DNA from: Octopus vulgaris
Lineage: Eukaryota
Direction: 5' to 3'
DNA: 64,000 nucleotides
Assembly: GCA_951406725.2 (NCBI GenBank)
Contig: OX597822.1
Span: 99,324,001-99,388,000, forward strand
Shown here: piece after piece, positions 53,637-64,000 of the stretch
Position numbering within the stretch: the first letter of the stretch is position 1
How the letters are laid out: every line of letters starts with the position of its first letter
Position numbers and translations under genes: made by a program
Notes under the pieces: model-generated
Databases searched by the model: none
The model's input: only the letters and a program-made list of their open reading frames with translations
What the model was told of the DNA's origin: nothing

Positions 53637-53856
53637 CCCTTTCATTACCAACCCGGCTGAACCCGGCTCTGGCTCTGAGTACAAATGTCTTGTTTTCATA
53701 AGTTTTGAATTAAAATCTTCCACCAAACCTTAGTCACAATTTATGTTCCTAACACTAGCTGAATAATAACTAAGTTATTTTACTAAATTAATTGTTATAT
53801 TTAAAATAATTGGAAGAAACACAGAGCATCTCAAAATAAATACAGTAACAAAAGGG
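53637..53856. mobile_element. piggyBac-type MITE of the same family, opposite orientation, nested in an older relative
   Basis: TTAA|CCCTTTCATTAC...GTAACAAAAGGG|TTAA. Older related copies lie at about 20905-21135, 39770-40398, 41160-41360, 44440-44910, 47245-47456, 53275-54009, 56845-56986 and 62730-62945. Confidence 0.82.
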
Positions 53857-54943
53857 TTAAGATAACTTTAGTCATTATTGAGATAGTATTTGAAATATAT
53901 AATAACATAAAATTTTGATTGAAAGTTTTAATCTAGATCACTTTCAAATAGGGATTTCGTATCATACAACCAAGAACACTTTCAGGCGAGTTGGTATCAA
54001 AAGGGTTAAAATGCCTGGTTAAAAAATTTAATTTCAAGACAGTTGCCATCCAAATGGTATACAATAATTTCTATAATGGATTCTTTCATTTCTAGAATGA
54101 TATTGGTTCAAACTATTTAAAAATGAATTGACTTAGGAAGGATACTGAACAAGAAATTATTTTAGCATCTGCTCCAAAAAGTCCTTATTGTTATCATCAT
54201 TATTTATTCATAAGGTGATAAGATAGCAAAATCATTAACCCCTTAGCATTTAAACTGGCTATACCTGGCCCAAATATTCCATCTGTTTTACATTCAAGCT
54301 GATTGGTTCTGACCTCTCACACCTACACTACAATGTCATCCTGAAACTAAATAATCACATCCTTGAAATCTTGAAGTTACAAGATAATGCAAGATTAATT
54401 CAAAACATTTGATAGAGAAACCTAAATGCTAAAGGGATAAAGCAATGGGGAAAATGCCTTGTGTTATTTCTTTTAGCACTTTATCTTCTGAGTTCAAATT
54501 CTACAGGGGTCAGCTTTGCCTTTCATCCCTCTGGGGGGTCAAGGAAATAACGTACCCATCTAGTACAAAGATTGATGGTATAAACTAAGTGACCCTCCTC
54601 TCAAAATTGCTGGCCTTATGCCTGAATTAGGAGGTATTACTTATTTTTCATAGGGAGTATAGACATGTCCAGAGAAAATGTTCAACAAAAGATGGCATTT
54701 TTCTCAGGTGTGAAAATAAAAAAGCGATATTTTTCTCACGTGTGCAAATCAGATGAAAACCCTGCAGGATGAAATTATAAAGCAGGTGATAAACCAATTT
54801 GTAAAGATTTTCAGCTTTAAATAGAACTACCTTAGTTATCTCATGCACTGAGTGATATTCTAAAGAATTCTCAATGCAGTAAAGCTGAATCTGAAAGACC
54901 CAGTGATTGCAGAATATGCTATACAGTAGGACTTATGGGATCA

Positions 54944-55158
54944 ATGAGAAATCCCAATCTTTCTTGAGTCTTGAGACTGTCAACATTATAAGAACTGTTT
55001 CTTACTAGAAATCAAATAGCTCTAAGAACTATTTGGTTTCTACTAATGGGAACCAAAATCTCCTAACAGATTTCAATAACCAAATGTGAGTCATTATTAT
55101 TATTAACTTTTCCTTTCATCCTTTTGGTGTTGAAAAAAAAAAATAAAGAACCAGTCAT
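54944..55158 (+). repeat. ~215-bp local direct duplication (partner at 60330-60546)
   Basis: Near-identical blocks, e.g. TGTTTCTTACTAGAAATCAAATAGCTCT.AGAACTATTTGGTTTCTACTAATGGGAACCAAAA in both copies. Confidence 0.9.
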
Positions 55159-58100
55159 TGGGCAAGTGTATTCTACTAAAGCCCAGAACTGACCGAAGCC
55201 TTGTGACTGGATTTGGTAGATGGAAACTGAAAGAAGCTTGACATATATATGTAGATATGTGTGTGAATGACTGTGCCTCCTCATCTTTATATCAGATAAT
55301 AGTAGTAAGCAAATGTCACCATCATAGAGACAATGTCACATGTTTCCTATTTTCCATGAAAACAGGTCTGGTCAAAGGGAAATATTACTCTTCTTAGAAA
55401 CAGGTGAAGGTTGGTGACATGAAGGGCATTTAGCCATAGAAAATCCATGTCAATAAATTCTGTCTAACTCTTGCTAGCACGGAAAGATGGGCATTAAAAG
55501 CAACAACAATAATGATGAAAAATCAATCACTGCAAGCTTTAGTTGACGGCGGAAGCATTGACAATTTTATCAATACTAATACTGCTAAACATAATATCTA
55601 GTCATTGAACCAGTGAATCATTCAAAGCCCATGTTGTGATGGTGTCAGTATAGCTTAATAAATTCCTGAATTACAATAATATGCAAAGCTGATATTTGAC
55701 ACAGGAAAGTTATACAAACAGCAGTTACTATTATATACACAGTGAATATCTGAATGTTATATGAACCAAATTGCATATCTGAGCAGTCTTTAATTGCATT
55801 GAAGTTTAATGGCCCTGAAACCCCTCTAGTGTTATCAAATTCTGTTCACCTCAATATTTTACCTGTTATATCATCATCATCATCGTTTAACGTCCGTTTT
55901 CCGCGCTAGCACGGGTTGGACGGTTCGACCGGGGTCTGGGAAGCCAGGGGCTGCTCCAGGCTCCAGTCTGATCTCACAGAGTTTCTACTGCTGGATGCCC
56001 TTCCTAACGCCAACCACTCCGCGAGTGTAGTGGGTGCTTTTTACGTGCCACCTGCACAGGTGCCAGGGGGGGGGTCTGGCATCGGTCACGATCGGTTGGA
56101 GCTTTTAACGTGCCAGCGGCACGGAAGCCAGCCAAGGCGGTGCTGGCAACGTTCGGATGGTCTTTTTATGTGCCACCGGCACAGGAGCCAGTTGGGGCGG
56201 CGCTGATCATTCACTAATTTAATTTTAGATACAAAAATATTATTCTACAATATTCAAAGCTGTCTGGTGGATGACTGTAAATCCATGAGGCAAGAAGTAA
56301 ACGATCTAATCAAAGGAAGTACCTAATAGTGATTTTATTTTACTTCAATGTTTCCATCTGTTGGCTGAGTGGTTAAAAAGTTTGCTTGTCAACCACATGG
56401 TTTTGGATTCAGTAGATGGAAACTGAGAAGAAGCCTGACATATATAAATGTGTGTGTGTGTGTGTGTGTGTTTGTGTCACTTTGTTTTGACGTTGTGTGT
56501 TAGTTGTAAATGAGTGTCACCATCATACAAGCAATGTCATTCACTTCTGTAAAAGCATGTCTGGAAACAGGTAAGAGTTGGTGACAGGAAGAGCATCCAA
56601 CTGTAGAAATATCTAATATCTGTGTCAACAAATTCAATCTGGCCCAAGCAAGCATGAAAAAGAATCCTCCGTTTTTGACATAATTTAGACTATAATTTAA
56701 TGCCAACCCCATTTTTTTCTTTTCTTTCCCCCATGACTACTATTGATTGTGCTCATTTATGGTGCCAGAAAGAAATTTCCACTCAAGTGTTTGACAGGTA
56801 GATGATACTGATTTTCAATATCGCTCTGCAAAATCTCCTGTTACCTTTTAGCATTTTTGTTACCACATTTCTGTTGAAATGCACATGAAATTTTGATGGA
56901 AAGTTTTAATTTAGTTCACTTTAAAACAATAGGTTTGTATTATAGAATCAAATGTAGTTTCAGGCAGGTTGGTATCAAAAAGGTTAACTGAGGCATTGTT
57001 CATTGATTATCTACATCAGAACATAGTCTATGGATATGTTCATCATCATTTAATATCTGTTTTCCATGTCAGCATGGGTTAGATTGCTTGAGAGGAGCTG
57101 GTAAAGCCAGGGGCTACACCAGGTTCCATAATTTGTTTTGGCATGGTTTCTACAGCTGGATGCTCTTCCTAATATCAACCACTTTACAGAATGTACTGGG
57201 TGATTTTTAATGTGGCACCATCACAAATGCTTTTTACTTGGCACCATCACCAGTGCTATTTATGTGGCAACATCACCAATGCTTTTTACATGGCACCTTA
57301 AAAACAAGTTTTATGCCTAACTTAAAATTTATTCCCCCCACAACAACAAGATAAAGATAATAGCAATGTTCATAGCAATGCTGTCCATAATACCAATATT
57401 GAACTCTTCCACCAGGATTGGAGAAACAGCATCCAGCAATGTGAAGGTTTCTCCTGCTTGATGAGACAAGACAAATATATGGCAAACTGCCTTTTAATTG
57501 GTTGCCTTGCTTAGTCCCTGGCAAAAAGCATTTCTAAAAGCCCCTTTTACATAAATTTACAATATTTTCATATTTTCTGAGAAATGACAAAATCATTAAT
57601 AGGATGTTCAGGCAGCTGATTCAATGAATTTAGTTTTATCCGTTCATTGAGTATATTTCTACTGCAAGTAAATGGCTGCCTTATCTCTTGGACTTAATAG
57701 AAATAAATCCAATTTATCATTCACATCTGGCTTCATAAGTCTTACGATATCTTTCAAATTGGATAATGATTTTCAGAAAGGCCTCAGCAGATTTATCTTT
57801 TAACACGAGAAGGCAGATTCTTATTGATGAGAGTTGATTATCGCAACTTCTTAAGTGTGAAATTTGCTGTAATACACACTTTCAAATGTGTCAATAACCA
57901 ATCACATGCATATTACACACTTCACAAGTTAACTAATGAAGTCATTTCGTCCATCTCTAATACAAAATGGCAAGCACATATATGTACACGGGACTTTTGT
58001 GGTCTCAAGTCTAGTGTTAGTAATTAAAGTAACAATACACAGCGACTATAGAATATCCAATACAACATACATCTTTAAAAGTATCTATTTTAGTAACATT

Positions 58101-59820
58101 TTCTATTGCATTTTCTGTTGCATTTCTGGTCTATTCAAAGAACTTATGATGGTAACTGATAAAATCACCATCTAGTAACTTTCCTGCATATTTGAATCAA
58201 TCTTTTGACTTCTGAAATTCTAAAATAAGAATTCTACTCAATCTTTATATGAAGAAAAATTTGAGTAGAACAGAGTACAAAATCAATAATGAAATTATAT
58301 GATAGAAGCAAAATCTTAATGCTGATCAATATGTAAATGTTATTGTAGATTACGCCTGCTAAATATAGCAAAACAAAGAAAGAACAGATTTACTGATACC
58401 TCTTACAGGATGCACTGCTGTGAGTGAAAGAATTAAGACGTAAAAATAGTTACAATAAAATAACATAAACCCATTACTTGAAAGATGCTTTTTAGACATA
58501 ACCAACAGAATCTAGCATCATATAGATTAAACAGCTGCATAAAAAAAAGCTACTGGGATGTCAAGGAGGAGGTGTGCTTTCATCAAGCTGAATTTATAAC
58601 TTGCTTTTGATTCTCACAAGTAGCTCTTTCACTAAAACTTATCTTGCCAATATACTTAGGAATCGTACCAACGTCACAATTCTTAAACTCGACTACTTCT
58701 GAAATCAATAGGTGTACGATCACTCGATTGTGGATATCCCTGATCATTAAACATCAAACAATTGACTATTTCCTACATCAGAGAGTATGATGAATACACA
58801 TTTACTCTTTTTTATCTTTTTATTAAGAAACCGTATCATATGTTGCTCTGAGTTTGAAAGCCATCCTTGTTAAAAAAAAAAAATCAATATATATAAAAAA
58901 AACAACAACAGTAACCTAAAGAATTATTGATAAAAGGAAAATAAACTAAGCAAACAAAAAAAAAAAAAAGAAAAAAATTACTAATGAAAACAATTTCTGA
59001 TACAACTAAATGTAATGTAGGTGCAGCAGATGAAAGGATTAAGTAACTAAGAACCAAAATAAATTAAAGCATCAAAATTAGATAATTAGTAATGGAGAAA
59101 AACCTTTTTAAAAAAGATAGTATGTTAATTAAATTAAATTACAATATATTGGATCAATGCTTTCTCTGATGTGACAGTAAACTCCAAAAGACATATTACA
59201 TTAGCTCAGCTTCTATTATATTACAACACAGCATTTGACACTTGTTGTACATGGTATTTTCTTTGTTTTAATGAACGTGCAGAAATACTAAGCTAATTAG
59301 AACAATAACTGACAAAAGCAGTCAGGGTGGAATTAAACAATGCAAGGCTGATGTAAACAAAGGATCTATTTTGCAATAAACAAGAGATTTTAAGATTCCA
59401 CTAACTATTACGAAGAACATACATTTTTTGACAATAAAGACATAATAAAACAAGGAAAGCACCTTCAACTATAAAAATTTAATCACTAAAGAAAAAAAAA
59501 ACCCAAAAGATATATAAAGACTAAGCTCCATTTCCTACTTATGTAATACATATAAATGGAATTTTCTTTTAAATACTTCTTGAGTTGTGTTTCCTTTATG
59601 GATAAAAGGTCAGTTGCGTTATCAAGAAGTGATTGAAAAACAGAGCTTAAACAATTAAACAATAAGCAAGAATTTAAAGTAATACTATTGGAGCGTTAAG
59701 GAACAGATATTGTTTACCAAAAATAAAAATAGAAATTTCAGTTTGAATATATAAATAATAGTTAATCTTTAGAGGAATTGGATGCACAGACCTATTGAAC
59801 AATATATAAGACTATATGTG

Positions 59821-59881
<61 letters not shown>

Positions 59882-61129
59882 ACATATATATATCATGCCA
59901 GCATTGTAAACAACGGATATTAAATGTTGATACACACACACAAACATACACAAGGTATGATAGTGTGTATAGTATTCAAGCAAAGAGATTACATAAGGAC
60001 TGGAATACTCATACAGTTTGTTTTTTTAAAGAACGAAATAAATAAATACAAGCAATAAAATGAATTAAATACATTCACAAAAATGACACAACATATAACT
60101 TTATTGGTTTATAGTCTGGTTTCTTTTTTCTAATCTCGTATCTTGAATTGAATGATTTTTCTTTTCTTTTCTGTTTGGCAATGATTTTTTTTATGGCTTC
60201 ATATAATTCTCCATGTTAAACACAATGACATCACAAAGATTAGCAGAACAAAATGCTTCAAGTTGAATAATAATGCCTTATAAGATTTTCTTACAAGTAT
60301 TTTATTCTTTATCTTGACACAAAAGGAAGATGAGAAGTCCCAATCGTTCTTAAGTCTAGGGATTGTCAACTTTATAAGAAATGTTTCTTACTAGAAATCA
60401 AATAGCTCTGAGAACTATTTGGTTTCTACTAATGGGAACCAAAACCTCCTAACAGATTTCAATAACCAAAAGTGAGGCATTATTATTATTAACTTTTACT
60501 TTCATCCTTTTGGTGTTGAAAAAGAAAAAAATTAAGAACCAGCCATGTACTGGTGTTTATATGACCAACTTACTTCCTTCCCTAAAATTGCTGACTGTTT
60601 GCCAAAAATTAAAATCATTATTATTGTTGTGGTGGTAGTAGTAGTGGTGTGCTGGCAGAACTGTTAGCATTCCAGCCAAAGGGCTTAGCAGCATTTTGTC
60701 CATCTTTACATTCTGAGTCCAAATTTTGCTGAGGTTAACTTTGCCTCTGATCTTTTCAGGGTTGATATAATTGACTCCCTACCTTCCCTGAAATGGTTTA
60801 GTCTAGAGAAGTCCTGGAAAATGGTAGGGACAACATGCATGACAAGAAGGAGAAAGATGAATAAGTTGGGAGTACCTGAATAGAGAGAGCATGAGATCAG
60901 CTACCTTCAAAAGTCAAAGGTCACTGTATAAGTAATACAGATGGCAGAGAGAAGAGATAACATACTACATCTGTGGGCCAGAAGTTTGTGAGCAGTTTTC
61001 ATACTAATCACTGTTATTCGATAGAATAAGTACCAGGCTTACAAAGAATAAGTCCTGGGGTCGATTTGGTCGACTAAAGGCAGTGCTCCAGCACGGCCAC
61101 AGTCAAATAACTGAAACAAGTAAGAGTAA

Positions 61130-61169
<40 letters not shown>

Positions 61170-61795
61170 GCATGTGTGTGCACATGCATCACCTTGTTTT
61201 GGCAATATATGACAGCTATAAATGAGTATCATCTTTATACAAGTGATATGTTTTCAGTCTTCTATGAAAACATGCCTAATCATGGAAGATATTACCCTGC
61301 TTGGAAGCAAGTGAGGGCTAGCAACAGGAAGGGTATGCAGGTATAAAAAACCTGCCTCAAAGAATTCTGCTTAATCCATGCAAGCATGGAATAGTGGCTG
61401 TTAAAACAATGATGACGGTGATTGTGATATATATGATTACTGCATGTTAGCAGTATCTGAAGAGTTTATTTTGTGATTGTGGTTTCAAAGATTATTGGTA
61501 ATGTATTAGTGGCAGGAAAATTGCATTTGAGTTTTTCTTGTTTTATTTTTAAATATATAAGAGCAGTTTACTTGCACATTCAATATTGAATGATTAAGAG
61601 TCAGGATATTGCATATTTACGGAAAAATTCCAGCCATTCAAAGTTTCAAATTGGTATATTTTTTTGCCAAATCCATAGAAGAAAGTATGCCCAGTCATTG
61701 ATTTGTGAGTGTACAGTTTGTGTCTCAGAAGTTTCGTAGTTGTCAGCTCACACCGTAATTGTGAAGGAAATAAAAACAGTTAATAGTAAACATAC

Positions 61796-62012
61796 CAGTA
61801 TTGGTTCCTCCTGTTACTATCCAGGCACCTGTTGTTTTGGCAGCTTTCAGGAGGCCCTTCCGGAAAACTCGTTTCAGTTTGGGCTGGAGATCAAAGTTTA
61901 ATATTCCACCATGCACTGTGATCAGCAGTTTAGGCAAGTCAAGCCCCCAAAACTTTTGTAACAATTCCAAAATGTGCTCTACTTTACTGTCAAAACTGCT
62001 CAGCCGAACATA
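61796..62012 (-). CDS. TRPM3: TRPM1/3-like cation channel, internal exon A (MHR1/2, SLOG-like region)
   Basis: 217 nt, bounded by ttttccAG and GTatgt, phase 0 to 1. Translates [72 protein letters not shown](G), containing the TRPM hallmarks LPKLLIxVHGG and KAAxTTGAWIxTGG. The symbol is a best resemblance only, since invertebrate alpha-TRPM is co-orthologous to TRPM1/3/6/7. Confidence 0.96.
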
Positions 62013-62667
62013 CTGGAAAAAATAAATAATAAAATAAAAATTAGAACTATTTCAGCTAAAAAGAGAATAAATTCACAAACCTATCCGTTCTTGTTAATAC
62101 AAGCAAGAATATATCAAATTTAAACAATTAGCACATCACTTCTCTTTGAAAAACATACGAAAATGTTGCAACATTAAAATTTCATATTGATGATTCTTAT
62201 ACAGTAAAATAAAATATCAGTGACCAGCTCATAAATGAATAACAAACGATGTTCATATTTTATAATAGAGAATATTAATACAAAATGAAACAAAGTGAAT
62301 ATATCAATTCAGTGAACAATATGCTTTAAATGGCTACTCTGGCTACTTCAATGTAATTGTTAGATTTTGAATATGTGATTTCAGATCAAATCTCTTTCCA
62401 TACAAGCACAATGCTGAAATATGAAATTAATTTTGTAATATAATCAGTAGACAAGTTTTGGTTTGCACATTTATAAGGACCAGCAATGAAATGGAATTGT
62501 GAAACATCCAAATTAATTAGGGTTTGATGCTGATGCTTACAATAAATTTATAAATTTACCAATAAAATTACTCATAGAACTGTATTCCCACTCTTCTGAT
62601 CCTTCACCCGAAATTTTTTCTTTCTTTTTCAGCTATTTACCTCTCTTTCTTACGCTTCCTATGTTTT

Positions 62668-62703
62668 TCTTCTGATGAAGGGCTAATGCCTGAAATGTTA
62701 AGA
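62668..62703 (+). ncRNA. Minimal type I hammerhead ribozyme motif
   Basis: UCUU-CUGAUGA-A-GGGC(UAAU)GCCU-GAAA-UG-UU-AAGA. The core is canonical. Both deviations (C11.1 to U, and ACGU to AUGU) look like CpG decay. Confidence 0.6.
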
Positions 62704-63789
62704 CTCTTTCCCTACCTTTTGAATATTAACCCTTTTGTTACCAATCCGCTCGAAACTGCCTTTGGTTTAGTAGTAGAAATGTCTTGTTATCAAAAGTTCT
62801 GAATTTAAATTTTTCCACCAAATCTTAGTCACAATTTATGTTCTTAACACTAGCTGAATGATAACTAAGTTATTTTACTAAATTTTTTGTTATATTTAAA
62901 ATTAATTGATAGAAACTGAGAGCATCTCAACAGAAATATGGGTTATGCTAATACAGTAGTCATTAAAACTTATTCCCCTGTGTTGTCTTTTTTCTTTTTG
63001 TTTGTTGCTTTTACAAAATAAACTTATCAAGTTTTATTCAATATTTCGGATAAAAAGAAACTTAAAAATAAACAATGCACTACTGCAGTATGGCCACAGA
63101 CTACGAAATAAAAGCAATAGAAGAATGAAAGAGAGAAAATACATTTTTACAATGAATTTTTATCTATCAGATAGAGAAAAATAAACCAGTCATTGTTTTC
63201 TTTTCAGTAAACACAAAGATGATAACAGGAATCTCTAAACTCCTCACCCATTGAACAGAAAAGTTGTTTAAATAAATCTGGTATTTGTGTCTGAAAGTTC
63301 TAGTTCCAGTCAGCTCTGCTTGAGCAGATATACAACAAGGAAGTGGCTGAGTGAGCACAGGACTCAATTAGCATTTGTCATTGTAGTCATAGGTGGTGAG
63401 CTGGCAGAATCGTTAGCACACTGGGTGAAATGCTTAGCCGTATTTCGTCTGCAGCTACATTCTGAGTTCAAATTCCGCCAAGGTTGACTATGCCTTTCAT
63501 CCTTTCGGGGTCGATTAAATAAGTACCAGTTACGCACTGGGGTCGATGTAATCGACTTAATACCTATGTCTGTCCTTGTTTGTCCCCTCTATGTTTAGCC
63601 CCTTGTGGGCAATAAAGAAATAGGTATTTGTCATTGTAAGTATCCAATTAGATTATTGTATAGTTTACATCTAAAAACATGTGCTTCACACTAAAAAAAG
63701 CACAAAAATGTAAAAGAGTTCTTTGAGGATGCACAATGGGTAGGTAAGAGCGGCTATTTCCACTGTACCACTTGTGAGGTGGGGCTTTG

Positions 63790-63980
63790 GGTAAAAGAAA
63801 ATACAGAAGGATCAGTTAATTATGATTTTATTCAACATATTCCCCTTTCAGATTCACACATCAACTGCAGTGGTCCTTCAGTTTTTCTACACCCTGTGAA
63901 AGAACTTGGAAGATTGGCCCTCCAACCAGACATTTTATGACACCCTTAAAGCCAGGAACTTTTCAGCACCCCATTGTATA
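63790..63980. mobile_element. Probable mariner-like terminal fragment
   Basis: Ends in GGAACTTTTCAGCACCCC..GTA, resembling a mariner TIR with TA target. Recognised by resemblance only. Confidence 0.45.
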
Positions 63981-64000
63981 ATTTTTGTGTGTGAGTGTAG

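Overview
AT-rich eukaryotic genomic DNA, most likely from an octopus or other coleoid cephalopod, judging by the repeat landscape: two tRNA-derived SINE families, RTE 3' ends with (GAT)n tails, and dense (TA)n/(CA)n tracts. The whole window lies inside one minus-strand gene encoding a TRPM1/3-like (alpha-TRPM) cation channel. Six internal coding exons (62012-61796, 49565-49441, 39625-39454, 23300-23117, 19441-19318, 8149-8086) have GT-AG boundaries and compatible phases, and splice into a continuous N-terminal melastatin-homology region. The start and end of the gene lie outside the window. The introns hold SINEs, RTE, CR1 and R4/Dong LINE fragments, mariner and maT (DD37D) remnants, TTAA-flanked piggyBac-type MITEs and one non-autonomous Helitron. 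The most notable unannotated signal is a set of about seven minimal type I hammerhead-ribozyme-like motifs with short, mostly palindromic stem III, the Penelope/retrozyme style. They include a G3:C8 core-swapped variant, copies paired with their own antisense arm in inverted cassettes (one with a target-site duplication), and a diverged ~360-bp tandem unit that preserves the ribozyme core. All folds and alignments were read by eye, and no activity is demonstrated.
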